From Limisphaerales bacterium (lineage in GTDB: Bacteria; Verrucomicrobiota; Verrucomicrobiia; Limisphaerales; JAJOIW01): DNA of 64,000 nt. Shown here one piece after another: positions 11,142-21,576 of the stretch. A model generated the notes under the pieces. That model had not been told where the DNA came from and did not search any database. It saw only the letters and a program-made list of their open reading frames with translations. The position numbers and the translations under genes are program-made. Every line of letters begins with the position of its first letter. Position 1 is the stretch's first letter. The stretch lies in the NCBI GenBank assembly GCA_965657355.1, contig CBFHOE010000009.1:164076-228075 (forward strand). The letters are read 5' to 3'.

Positions 11142-11287
11142 ATTGACTAATGAGCCACGATATCAAAACATCTTTTTTACCAGCGACCAAGTTGCGATTT
11201 TATGGCGAGCGATCTTTTGCATCCGAACAAACTCACAATAAAGCAAACTGATTGACCAAAGGTGCTCTACCCATCACACTAAGAAAC

Positions 11288-12736
11288 ATGAAAAAAATCC
11301 TCCTTTCAGTCACGAGCATTTTGCTTTTTAGCATGACTATGGCAAATGCGGAGAAGCCCAACATTATACTTATTCTTGTCGACGATATGGGGTGGATGGA
11401 TCTTTCTTGCCAAGGTAGTGATTATTATAAGACTCCGGCTATTGACCAACTGGCTAAACAGGGCATGCGCTTTACCAATGGTTATGCCGCATGTGCTGTT
11501 TGTTCCCCTACCCGAGCGGCTGTTCAAACCGGGCGATACCCGCACCGCATAGGTGTGACTGACTGGATTCGTTCACGTTTTCAACGCGGAGGTTTAGGAA
11601 CACCTGATGCCAACCCAACCAAATATGTTGGAGGAAAAAACCGTAAATTCCTCTGTCCTCCTAATCCATTTTGGATGGAGCATGAGGAAATTACTATAGC
11701 CGAAGCATTAAAAGAAGCGGGCTATCAAAGTGGTTATATAGGCAAGTGGCACCTTGGTGATCCTGCATGGTTTCCGGAAGGACAGGGTTATGATGAAAAC
11801 CGAGGAGGAAATGATTACGGGCAGCCACCAAGTTATTTTGACCCGTATAATCAACCTAATGGAAAACACCATACACTTCGAGAAGGGATTTATAAACTAC
11901 CGGGCCGTAAACCGGGCGAATTTCTTACACATCGAGAGGCTGACGAAGCAGAAGCACTTATCCGAAAATGGCATACAAATAAGACACCCTTCTTTCTGCA
12001 AATTGGCCACTACGCGGTTCATACGCCCATTCAAGCGATTAAAGAAGTGGCAGAACAGTATAAACAAAAGGATAAAACGGATCTTAACGCACGATATGCA
12101 GCCATGGTTGAATCTGTGGACGACTCGACGCGCCAAATACTCGATACGCTTGATGAATTGAATATCGACGACAATACAATGATCATATTCACAAGTGATA
12201 ATGGAGGGTTAGATAGAAACGGTGGCCCTACTGAAAACGCACCACTGCGCAGTGGTAAAGGTTACGCGCACGAAGGAGGTATTCGCGTTCCCTTTATTGT
12301 GAGGTGGCCCGGTGTTGTTGCTGGGGATAAGTCAAGTGACTCCCCTGTGTGTTCAATAGACCTTTTCCCGACCATACTTGAATCCGCCGGGGTAAATCTC
12401 CCTAAAGACCGCGCGATAGATGGTTTATCGCTTATGAAACATTTGATAACAGGGGGTAAAAACAATCTAAACCGCGATACCCTTTATTGGCATTTCCCAC
12501 ACTACCGTCACAACCCAGGCCCATATAGCATCATCCGCAAAGGCGATTGGAAATTGATCAAATTTTGGACTGGACCATTCGAGTTATACAATCTTTCTGA
12601 TGATATCGGCGAAGCAAAAAACCTTGCCAAAGAGATGCCTGAAAAAGTTAAAGAACTGGACCTATTATTGCTGTCGCGCCTCAAAGCAGACGGAGCTAAT
12701 CTCCCGAAAAGAAATCCAAACTACGTAACCAAATAA
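11288..12736 (+). CDS. Formylglycine-dependent sulfatase (arylsulfatase A-like), secreted
   Basis: KPNIILILVDDMG, CSPTR (CxPxR), GKWHLG, FTSDNG, EGGIRVP. ATG at 11288 starts a signal peptide (the ORF track begins at 11252). Confidence 0.9.
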   Translation: MKKILLSVTSILLFSMTMANAEKPNIILILVDDMGWMDLSCQGSDYYKTPAIDQLAKQGMRFTNGYAACAVCSPTRAAVQTGRYPHRIGVTDWIRSRFQRGGLGTPDANPTKYVGGKNRKFLCPPNPFWMEHEEITIAEALKEAGYQSGYIGKWHLGDPAWFPEGQGYDENRGGNDYGQPPSYFDPYNQPNGKHHTLREGIYKLPGRKPGEFLTHREADEAEALIRKWHTNKTPFFLQIGHYAVHTPIQAIKEVAEQYKQKDKTDLNARYAAMVESVDDSTRQILDTLDELNIDDNTMIIFTSDNGGLDRNGGPTENAPLRSGKGYAHEGGIRVPFIVRWPGVVAGDKSSDSPVCSIDLFPTILESAGVNLPKDRAIDGLSLMKHLITGGKNNLNRDTLYWHFPHYRHNPGPYSIIRKGDWKLIKFWTGPFELYNLSDDIGEAKNLAKEMPEKVKELDLLLLSRLKADGANLPKRNPNYVTK

Positions 12737-13011
12737 AATCATAGCAATAAAAGGTTTGGAATTTCATGACTAAATCGTAGTGGGATTGAGATTCAATCCG
12801 GTTTCGTAATGACATATCGCTGAGGATGTGCTTGACGAAATCGTCATTTGTGCGGCGTCATACTTTTGTTATTTCTGCTTTTTGAAAAGCGTCCACCAGT
12901 AAATGTTTTTCACTTACCCAAGACCATAAAAAAGATTTGATGCGATTTACAAATCATAAATTCCATTATAAGGCATGAAGTAAATGTCTAGCTGATAATC
13001 ATTCCATTTAT

Positions 13012-16000
13012 GTGATTTTTATAAATATTCAGGCGAGCTCACTTATGAGTAACCAATGGAAGAAATCTTTCGACTGTGTTACAGTCTTTTCTATGGTTCG
13101 AGTAACAAAGCTGATGAAAAGTGTTTGTTTAAGGTCGAGTAGATGGGCAGTGCAAGTGCGAGCTACCCTTTTTTTAGGCTTGATGATTTTTCATGCGGAA
13201 GCCCAACAAGGCCCTCACCTCGAACCAATCGGGCTCTGGGAATTCAACTCTAATATGGCCATAGATGGAGCCATTTTGGACCAGTTAAATAGTACTCCTC
13301 TCGGACTTGTGGGCGCAGCAGAACTAAGCTCCGATGGAGAGGGTCGCACAGGTGAGGTTGATGACAGGTCCTTATTTTTTAAAGATTCAGGAGGAGAAGC
13401 CAACCCAACCCATGCACGAGTGACTGCGGACAATCCAGCGGGGAGCCATTTTTTGAACAAATTGAACCAGTCCAATAAGAATGACAAGTTGACTGTCGCA
13501 TTCTGGCAGCGCTGGAAGTCCGGCTCCGTGTCAAATAGTTCATCTGTCTGGTTTTCTTCACCTTCGTCGGGTGCTGGGAATAGAGGATTTCAAGCGCACC
13601 TCCCGTGGGGAAATCAAATCGTCTATTTTGATACATCAGGATGCTGCGGGTCGCCTGAAAAGCGTTTGAACGGCCGAATAGCAGAATTAGACTGGGAAAA
13701 GTGGAATCATGTCGTTCTGGTAAAAGATGAAGGGAGCAAACAGGTGTGGGTCAATGGTAAGTTGGTTCTGCATCAAGAATCGGGGGCATTACCTCTTGCT
13801 ACCGACTGGACATCTATGCATCTTGCCCAATCACCAACAGAGGCAAACGTGGCATTTCATGGTTGGCTTGACGATGTCGCTATTTTTGGTTCCGCCTTAC
13901 CTCAAAATCAGATTGAAGCGCTGGCAAGCGGGGCGTTACCAAATGAAATTATCGCGTCACCTGAGGAATGGCCACCTGCAATTTCTGAGATTTTCCCTGA
14001 AGACAAAACCCGATTTCACCCTGTTGATGATGGATTAAATTTTCATATTAACGTCATGACCCCAAATGAGGTAAGGCCGGATCAAATCCAATTAATACTG
14101 AATGAAAAAAATGTTTCCTCTGAACTTGAGTTTGAAGAAGGCCCAGATAAATGGGTAGTCACTTACTCAGAGCCTTTGGTCATCAACAAAGAATATACTG
14201 CGAAAATAATTGCATCAGATATTTCGGGTCGTGAGAGCTCACGTATATGGACATTTAATACCCGTGAGCCCCCTCCTTTTTCAAAATTAAAAAATTATGC
14301 GATTGGAGCTGAATCTTATATGATGCGCTTCACTAATTCACTTCCTCCTACCGAAAACGGGAATGACGGAAACTACAATACCCACACTGAAAGCACTCGC
14401 CGGGCCGTGGGATCTTTTTTTGAAGTGGATTTAGGCGAGGAGCGGGCATTGTACCGTGTACGCGTCGTACCTGCTGATGGATTCCAAAGCAGGATGACAC
14501 ACACAACAGTTCGAATCTATGACGGTAACCATAATTCCATATTCTCCAAACACCTGAGAGACAGTGCGCCAGATTTTGATGTTTTAATGCCTGGCCCCAT
14601 TTTGGGAAGATATGTTCGAGTTGGATATGAGAACAAAGAACGCTCAGAGCCTGGCACGTTTTGGTATCTCGGTTTAAAAGAACTCGAGACTTATGGCCGA
14701 CCAGCAGATGAAGTCGGGATACTGGACTTTGGGGCAGACAAGGTGGAGGTTTCTGCCGGAGAGGAGACAACACTCCGGTGGAAGGTAGAAGATATTCGTG
14801 GCCTCAAATTATACCCTTCTGATGAAGACCTTTTACCGATGACTCAATCTAATGGCCATGGTGAAATAAATGTCACTCCACTTGAAACTACTGAGTACAC
14901 ATTAGTCGCAAATTTATACGGGGAATCACTCACTCGAAGCGTCACTGTCCAGGTGGACAATCAAAACCTTCCCCCCCGGATAACAGAATTCGTTGCTAAC
15001 AACCAATTCTCATTGGAGGATGGGTTTGGAAGAAGTTCCGATTGGGTCGAAATTCGCAATCCTAATAACTTGCCGTTAAATCTCGAGGGCTACGGACTCA
15101 GTGATGAACTCGCTAATGGAATGAAGTGGGTATTCCCCGGTAATATCACATTGCCACCTCATTCCAATTTGATTATATTTGCATCGGGACGAGATATTTT
15201 TGATCCCAAATCAGGGCACTGGCATACCAATTTTGCTTTGAATCAATCCGGGGAGTCACTAGTTTTAACGGATCCAGATGGCTCAACTATTGTAGACCTC
15301 ATAGAAAATTTCTCAAACCAGGGAGAGGATCTTTCATATGGGCGCAAACTCACTGGCAGTATCGCATTCTTGGAACCAACTCCCGGAAAAATCAACGAAA
15401 CCCAATCTTACGAAGGCTGGTTGCCATCTGCATCATTCAGCAATTCAAGAGGGTTTTATGAAAACAGCTTCAACCTGGCTCTTAAGCACAATGACCCCGA
15501 TGCTGAAATTTGGTTTTCAAAGGATGGAAGAAGCCGCATGTCTCTCTATGAAGAGCCATTCGTAATAAGTGGAAATACTTCAGTAAAAGTAGAGGTAAGA
15601 AAATCTGGATTTAAATCCCCTCCGTCACAAACTCATACTTATTTATTCATAGAGGATACCTTGCAGTATTCAAATATGAATCAAGGAGAATTGGGTAAGG
15701 CTCAAAATATGGAGAAAGCCAGGAAGGGATTGATTGATCTACCGACAATTAATGTTTCAGTTGACCAATTACCCGATGACTGGAATGAACGCCCCGCTTC
15801 AGTTGAGATTTTTCTTCCAGGAGAAGAACCCATTTTTGAAAATGCAGGAGTTGAAAGATTCGGTGGTGCATGGACGAATTTTGGAAAAAAGAACTACCGA
15901 TTGAAATTCCGAGCAAAGTATGGAGCAAAAAAACTGAAGGCCCCTTTGTTTGATGGCTTTGATCTTGGATTCCAGGTAGTTGATCAATTTGATGAGCTTG

Positions 16001-18357
16001 ACCTTAGAGCAGGTGGGCATGATATGTCATCCCGTGGATTTTATATGTCATCCAGATTTAGCGAGGATTCCATGCTGGAAATGGGCAGCCTAAATCCACA
16101 CGGCAGATTTGTGAATCTCTACTTCAATGGCAATTACTGGGGACAATACCACATGCGGGAAAGACTTACAGATGCTTTTCTAGCAGATTATTTAGGTGGT
16201 AAAACGGCAGATTATACAAACGTGCGAGGCAACGATAACAACGGTAGTAGTTTTATTTTAGGAACACCAGACCCAATAAATAGAGAACCGTGGGCAAACG
16301 TTTTAAATGCAAAAGGAGATTTTGAAAAAATCCGTGAATGGGTAGACATTCCGCACCTCATTGATTTCATGTTAATGTGGTATTTCGGAAATGCGGAATC
16401 GGAGTTTCGGTCAGCTGGCCCGATCCAACCCGGCTCTTCTGGCTTCAAGTTTTGGCTTGGGGATGCGGATGGACATATTCGCGCTCCCGGTGATCGCACG
16501 GGCAACTCTGGACCTGCCGGGATTTTTGGCACTCTAGTCAATGAAGGAAACCCAGATTTCATGACACTTTTGGCTGACCGAGCACAGATGCACTTATTCA
16601 ATGATGGGGCATTGACTCCAAATCGCAATATCCGGCGATTGGAGAGACGCATGGATGAGATAAAAAATAGTTTAGTGACCGAGTCTGCCAGGTGGGGCTA
16701 TAGAAGTTCAAGCAGCTGGGAAAACGCTGCTCGAAATGCAATCAATAATCTATTCCCTAGTCAGACTCAACAACTGATTTCACGATTGCGTTCACGTGGA
16801 CTTTTGCCAACGCTAGACGCCCCTGTTTTGTCGCAGCACGGCGGAGTAATTCAAGGCGAAAAAATCGTAAAAATCCAAGCTAGCGGTGGATCTATTTACT
16901 ATACAATTGACGGAACAGACCCTCGTTTAGCGGGCGGAAAAATCCACCCCGAAGCACTGACATTGGATGGCGGAGAATCATCTGAGGTGATCCAGCCGAA
17001 TGGTCTTTGGAGATATTTTAATATCGGACAAGCACCTCCTGAAAATTGGACCTCTTTAAATTTTGATTCTACTGAGTGGAAAGCCGGCAAAGCCCCTCTC
17101 GGGTATGGAGACCCGGGGATGGCCACAACATTAGATTTTGGTCCGGAGGCCAATAATAAATACAGTGGGTATTATTTTTTAAGAGAATTCCAAATCGATG
17201 ATTTGGAAGATTTAGATAACATCAATTTAAATCTCATTCGAGACGACGGCGTTGCCATCTATCTCAACGGAGTAGAAATAGTTCGTGATAATTTGCCAGC
17301 TGGCTCTTTAGAATACACCACTCGTGCATTGTCAGCTGCTGGAGGTGGCGATGAATCATTAATTAGAGAGTTCAATATCCCGAGGAAATTACTGCGCCTG
17401 GGGAAAAACGTATTGGCAGCCGAGGTACATCAAGTATCGGGATCTAGTTCAGATTTGCGATTCGATGCATGGCTTCAGAGCTCCATTTCATTGGAAATTA
17501 TTTTAAAACCAGGAAACTCGTTCAAAGGACGAGCTTTCGATGGTACAAATTGGAGCGCCTTGACTAAAGCTCAATTCTTTTCAGAAGAGGCAGCTCCTCC
17601 ATTACCTGGCGAACTTATTATTTCCGAAATTCATTACAACCCTGACGGATCAGATGAGTTTGAGTTTATCGAATTATTAAACTTGAGTGATAAAACATTA
17701 GATCTTTCGGGAGTCAGAATGCGTGGCGGAGTAAATTTATTAATAGAGAATGGTACCCGACTATTGCCAAATTCATTTGGTCTAGTTGCTGAAAATGCTG
17801 AATCATTTGGACAGAGATATATGACACCAGATTCGGATTACTTTTTTCCTGACATTCAATTAATAGGAGTATGGGACGGACGTCTTAATGATAACGGAGA
17901 ACTGATCGAGATCTGGGATAAAGAAGGCAGATTGCTCTGTTCGTTGAACTTTGATAACACTCCACCTTGGCCTTTGAGCCCCGATGGAGATGGAAGCTCA
18001 CTTGAATTACTCGAAACTATTTTCCCATCAATTAACGAGGGAGGAGAATCCGTTATATTATCTGACGCCAGCCTTTGGCGTGCCAGCCGAATATATCATG
18101 GATCTCCGGGAAGGGTCGATGATGCTATCAGAGGCGTCGCCGTAAGCCTTAACAAAATTGACCAAAGTGGAAATTACACTATGAGCTGGCCAGCTCAAAC
18201 TCGACGGGTTTACCGGGTGGAATCCACCTCGGACCTTTCATTATCAAACTGGACCGAAATAAATAGGTTCAACCCTGAGGGCGATAGTATCATCAAGTTC
18301 AATTTAAATATCAAACAAGGGCAACCAGAACAATTCTACAGGGTAGTGGTGGAATAA
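13012..18357 (+). CDS. Large secreted multidomain protein: LamG-like, F5/8-type/discoidin-like, lamin-tail, FN3-associated and CotH kinase domains
   Basis: LamG (WNHVVLVKD..VWVNG..FHGWLDDVAIF), two lamin-tail domains (ITEFVANN..DWVEIRN; ISEIHYNP..EFIELLN), CotH (FVNLYFNGNYWGQYHMRER), IYYTIDGTDPR. True start may be downstream of 13012. Confidence 0.85.
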   Translation: MIFINIQASSLMSNQWKKSFDCVTVFSMVRVTKLMKSVCLRSSRWAVQVRATLFLGLMIFHAEAQQGPHLEPIGLWEFNSNMAIDGAILDQLNSTPLGLVGAAELSSDGEGRTGEVDDRSLFFKDSGGEANPTHARVTADNPAGSHFLNKLNQSNKNDKLTVAFWQRWKSGSVSNSSSVWFSSPSSGAGNRGFQAHLPWGNQIVYFDTSGCCGSPEKRLNGRIAELDWEKWNHVVLVKDEGSKQVWVNGKLVLHQESGALPLATDWTSMHLAQSPTEANVAFHGWLDDVAIFGSALPQNQIEALASGALPNEIIASPEEWPPAISEIFPEDKTRFHPVDDGLNFHINVMTPNEVRPDQIQLILNEKNVSSELEFEEGPDKWVVTYSEPLVINKEYTAKIIASDISGRESSRIWTFNTREPPPFSKLKNYAIGAESYMMRFTNSLPPTENGNDGNYNTHTESTRRAVGSFFEVDLGEERALYRVRVVPADGFQSRMTHTTVRIYDGNHNSIFSKHLRDSAPDFDVLMPGPILGRYVRVGYENKERSEPGTFWYLGLKELETYGRPADEVGILDFGADKVEVSAGEETTLRWKVEDIRGLKLYPSDEDLLPMTQSNGHGEINVTPLETTEYTLVANLYGESLTRSVTVQVDNQNLPPRITEFVANNQFSLEDGFGRSSDWVEIRNPNNLPLNLEGYGLSDELANGMKWVFPGNITLPPHSNLIIFASGRDIFDPKSGHWHTNFALNQSGESLVLTDPDGSTIVDLIENFSNQGEDLSYGRKLTGSIAFLEPTPGKINETQSYEGWLPSASFSNSRGFYENSFNLALKHNDPDAEIWFSKDGRSRMSLYEEPFVISGNTSVKVEVRKSGFKSPPSQTHTYLFIEDTLQYSNMNQGELGKAQNMEKARKGLIDLPTINVSVDQLPDDWNERPASVEIFLPGEEPIFENAGVERFGGAWTNFGKKNYRLKFRAKYGAKKLKAPLFDGFDLGFQVVDQFDELDLRAGGHDMSSRGFYMSSRFSEDSMLEMGSLNPHGRFVNLYFNGNYWGQYHMRERLTDAFLADYLGGKTADYTNVRGNDNNGSSFILGTPDPINREPWANVLNAKGDFEKIREWVDIPHLIDFMLMWYFGNAESEFRSAGPIQPGSSGFKFWLGDADGHIRAPGDRTGNSGPAGIFGTLVNEGNPDFMTLLADRAQMHLFNDGALTPNRNIRRLERRMDEIKNSLVTESARWGYRSSSSWENAARNAINNLFPSQTQQLISRLRSRGLLPTLDAPVLSQHGGVIQGEKIVKIQASGGSIYYTIDGTDPRLAGGKIHPEALTLDGGESSEVIQPNGLWRYFNIGQAPPENWTSLNFDSTEWKAGKAPLGYGDPGMATTLDFGPEANNKYSGYYFLREFQIDDLEDLDNINLNLIRDDGVAIYLNGVEIVRDNLPAGSLEYTTRALSAAGGGDESLIREFNIPRKLLRLGKNVLAAEVHQVSGSSSDLRFDAWLQSSISLEIILKPGNSFKGRAFDGTNWSALTKAQFFSEEAAPPLPGELIISEIHYNPDGSDEFEFIELLNLSDKTLDLSGVRMRGGVNLLIENGTRLLPNSFGLVAENAESFGQRYMTPDSDYFFPDIQLIGVWDGRLNDNGELIEIWDKEGRLLCSLNFDNTPPWPLSPDGDGSSLELLETIFPSINEGGESVILSDASLWRASRIYHGSPGRVDDAIRGVAVSLNKIDQSGNYTMSWPAQTRRVYRVESTSDLSLSNWTEINRFNPEGDSIIKFNLNIKQGQPEQFYRVVVE

Positions 18358-18634
18358 ATCACACCGTAATTCGTCGACATGACCACCTTCGGCATCTTAT
18401 GGGGAAATGGATAAGGATTTTAAATAAAACCTCGGAATAAATGACCTTGCCGAGCAATTGTTTTAAATCTCGACTATCCGCTTTGCCAAGAAACTTTTAC
18501 TCAGCCCTATTCTCGAAAACCAAAAGGTATCATTGGTTATTTATCTACGAGGTGGACAAGATCCCTATTTTTGCCTTAAGTTGATGGTGAATATCTAATC
18601 TGTTCTGGAGCACCACCTTTTAAGTAATAATTAT

Positions 18635-21124
18635 ATGAGTGAATTTCTAAAATTTCCGACATCACCTAATTTTGACCATTGGAGATCCCCATCCATTTAT
18701 AAAATTTATTTAATTTTAGGTTCATTTTTTTACCTTTCAGCAACTTTATTTATTACAAACATCTCGGCACAAGAGAGTAAGGAGCGAGAAGAAGACTCAC
18801 CAAGCGGTAGCGAAAATATTCTCGCTGGTCACTCATTTCACGGTGAGGCTTTCAATGAAGGACCACGCCAAGGAGCTTACCTCATGGGTGGCACAGGGAA
18901 TGTGAGCTTTGAAGTGACAACTGATATCGCTCTTGCCCAGCAATTTTTCAATCAAGCAATCGGACAACTTCATGGATTCTGGTATTTGGAAGCAGAACGA
19001 TCATTCCGTCAGGTCGCCAAACTAGATAATAATTGCGCTATGGCTTACTGGGGAATGGCGATGGCTAATCAAGGTCAGAACGCAAAGCGCGCAGCTGAAT
19101 TCATAAAAGAAGCTATCAAAAGAAAAGAAGGTGTAACCAGACGGGAACAACTCTGGATAGATGGACTCGATACATACCTGAAAGCCAAAAAGAAAAACGA
19201 CAAAAATGCCAAACGCGAATATATTCGCCACCTGGAAGAAATAATCCACGAGTTCCCCGACGATATTGAAGCCAAAGCCTTTTTAGCCGTACATTTGTGG
19301 CAATTCAATGGAGCTCTTCCCATCTCCAGCCACCAAGCTGTCGATTCAATATTGGATCAAGTGTTCGATTTGAACCCGATGCATCCGGCTCATCATTACC
19401 GAATTCATTTATGGGATCGCGAAAAACCCGAGCGAGCTCTAGGTTCTGCTGCACGAGGTGGACAGTCGGGCCCCAGCATCGCGCATCTATGGCACATGCC
19501 CGGTCATATCTATTCTCGGTTGAAAAGGTATAGGGATGCCGTCTGGCAGCAAGAGGCCTCATCCCGCGCTGACCATGCCCACATGATGCGGGATCGGGTT
19601 CTGCCGGACCAGATCCACAACTACGCCCACAATCAAGAATGGATGACCCGGAACCTTATCCACATTGGCCGGTCTCGCGATGCACTAGCGATAGCCTCCA
19701 ACCTGGTAGAGCACCCAAGACACCCGAAATACAACACGGCCACTCGACGAGGGCGCAGCGCAGCTTATGGAAGAACCCGCCTTTTCCAAGCACTGGAACG
19801 TTTTGAAATGTGGGACCAGCTCATCAAATTGACCGAGACCATGTATCTTGAACCAACTGACATCCAATCAGAGCAAGACAAACGCATCCGCGCCTTAGGA
19901 ATCGCGTATTTCGAAAAAGGAGAGTCAATTAAGCTCATGGCACAACTCGTGGATTTGCAGGGACGCTTGGCTAAATCTCGAACTGAACAAAAAAATGCAA
20001 TGGATAAGGCGGTAAAAGATGCTAAGAAGGCCAAAAAACCTCAGACTGAAATAGAAAAGGCAAAGTCGGCCGCAGCAAAGCGATTTGATAACCGGATAAA
20101 GTCCCTAAATGATGGAGTAGCTGAACTGAATGCCTATGCAGGACTATTGGTTGGCACTAAAGAAACGGCTGGGACTCTGCTTGATCAAGTCAATGGTATC
20201 CCGAAAGATCGACTAGCCAGACTTTACTTAAGAGTGGGAGATCAAGAAAAAGCAGAGCGCCTCGCACGCGAAGCCGTAGATTCTGCTAAGAATGAAGTTC
20301 TTCCATTGGCAAACCAAGTCAGCGTTCTCTTTAGCCTTGGAAAGAAAAAACAGGCGAGTGAGGCTTTTGCCAAGTTGCGCGAAATTTCAGGGGACATCGA
20401 TGATCTGACTCTTCCTCCATTTGAACGTTTGTCAGAGGTTGCCAGGGATCTTGATTTTCCTAAAGATTGGCGCGTGACTAAACCACTATCTTCCGACGTT
20501 GGTGTTCGCCCATCACTTGATAGCATAGGACCACTTCGTTACTCACCTTCAAAAGCTCCAAGCTGGAGTTTATCCAATGGCAGTGGAGAGCCCATAACTT
20601 TAAAACAATATAAAGGCCAGCCAGTTGTTGTCATTTTTTACCTAGGGCACGGCTGTTTACATTGTATTGAGCAGCTCACTACCTTCGCTCCTAAAACAAA
20701 TGAGTTTACTGATGCTGGAATTTCATTGGTTGCCATTAGCACGGATGAAGTTAATGAATTGCAAAAATCGATAAAGAACTATCAAGTTGAAATACAGTCG
20801 AAATTAACATCCAGTAACGAGAAGGAATCCGTCCCCGGCATTAATGAATTTACAGGTGAGTTCCCCTTCCCGCTTGTTTCAGATTCGGAGCTCAGTATTT
20901 TCAAGGCTTACAGAGCTTTTGACGACTTTGAAGAACAACCATTACACGGCACATTTTTGATCGACGGGGACGGTTTAGTCCGTTGGCATGATATTAGTTA
21001 CGAGCCATTCAACGATCCAGATTTTCTACTTAAAGAATCAAAGCGATTACTTCAATTGCCGATTAAATCAGCAGGTAGTTTCGCTCTCGGTGGTAATGAA
21101 TCATCTATAATCAAAAATAAATGA
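18635..21124 (+). CDS. TPR-like repeat protein fused to C-terminal AhpC/TSA (peroxiredoxin-like) redoxin domain
   Basis: AQQFFNQAIGQLHGFWYLEAERSF and CAMAYWGMA helical repeats. C-terminal VVIFYLGHGCLHCIEQL, FPLVSD, HGTFLIDGDGLVRW. Confidence 0.8.
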   Translation: MSEFLKFPTSPNFDHWRSPSIYKIYLILGSFFYLSATLFITNISAQESKEREEDSPSGSENILAGHSFHGEAFNEGPRQGAYLMGGTGNVSFEVTTDIALAQQFFNQAIGQLHGFWYLEAERSFRQVAKLDNNCAMAYWGMAMANQGQNAKRAAEFIKEAIKRKEGVTRREQLWIDGLDTYLKAKKKNDKNAKREYIRHLEEIIHEFPDDIEAKAFLAVHLWQFNGALPISSHQAVDSILDQVFDLNPMHPAHHYRIHLWDREKPERALGSAARGGQSGPSIAHLWHMPGHIYSRLKRYRDAVWQQEASSRADHAHMMRDRVLPDQIHNYAHNQEWMTRNLIHIGRSRDALAIASNLVEHPRHPKYNTATRRGRSAAYGRTRLFQALERFEMWDQLIKLTETMYLEPTDIQSEQDKRIRALGIAYFEKGESIKLMAQLVDLQGRLAKSRTEQKNAMDKAVKDAKKAKKPQTEIEKAKSAAAKRFDNRIKSLNDGVAELNAYAGLLVGTKETAGTLLDQVNGIPKDRLARLYLRVGDQEKAERLAREAVDSAKNEVLPLANQVSVLFSLGKKKQASEAFAKLREISGDIDDLTLPPFERLSEVARDLDFPKDWRVTKPLSSDVGVRPSLDSIGPLRYSPSKAPSWSLSNGSGEPITLKQYKGQPVVVIFYLGHGCLHCIEQLTTFAPKTNEFTDAGISLVAISTDEVNELQKSIKNYQVEIQSKLTSSNEKESVPGINEFTGEFPFPLVSDSELSIFKAYRAFDDFEEQPLHGTFLIDGDGLVRWHDISYEPFNDPDFLLKESKRLLQLPIKSAGSFALGGNESSIIKNK

Positions 21125-21404
21125 TCTGGATTGGCAAGAATACGAAATCACTCTTCGAAAAATTTATTCTTAAACGATCTACCCAAATTATTTAGAATTC
21201 ACCGAGTATAACGGCCGACCCGCGTCAAAGAAGGTTCATTAAAGAAAAGCAACTTACTTTTGCTATTAAAATTGATCGGTCTGTGTAGATTATTTCTTTT
21301 TAGTTTGTCAAATTACCACTTGGGCAAATTCTTTTGGTAATCCAGCAAACGATTGGGATGAATTATCTATTGTTATAATTCCGGAAAAAAACAATTTTGA
21401 ACTC

Positions 21405-21542
21405 ATTGCCATATGCACGAAGAAAGAATTGGAGAAACTCTTCGAACCAAGCACAGAAGGCTTGTAGCCATTTATCGCAATTGGTGCTTGGGCAGAATTG
21501 GGAACGGCAGAGATTGAACGTCTGGATTTTATAGATAGATAA
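21405..21542 (+). pseudogene. Decayed tyrosine recombinase/integrase fragment
   Basis: Hand translation IAICTKKELEKLFEPSTEGL*PFIAIGAWAELGTAEIERLDFIDR* resembles the integrase Box I region (..ELxxLL...PFxAIGxFAGLRxAEIERLDW). It has an internal stop and Gly at the catalytic Arg position. Confidence 0.45.
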
Positions 21543-21576
21543 TTTCCTTGATTGAAGAAATTTAAGTGAAGAAAAA

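Noticed and set aside
12783..12862. Hairpins with CTGAGGA...GAAA suggesting a hammerhead ribozyme or TPP riboswitch
   Set aside because: No stem I can form, stem II is defective, and the other TPP consensus elements are absent. Only a plain GGATTGA/TCAATCC hairpin is supported.
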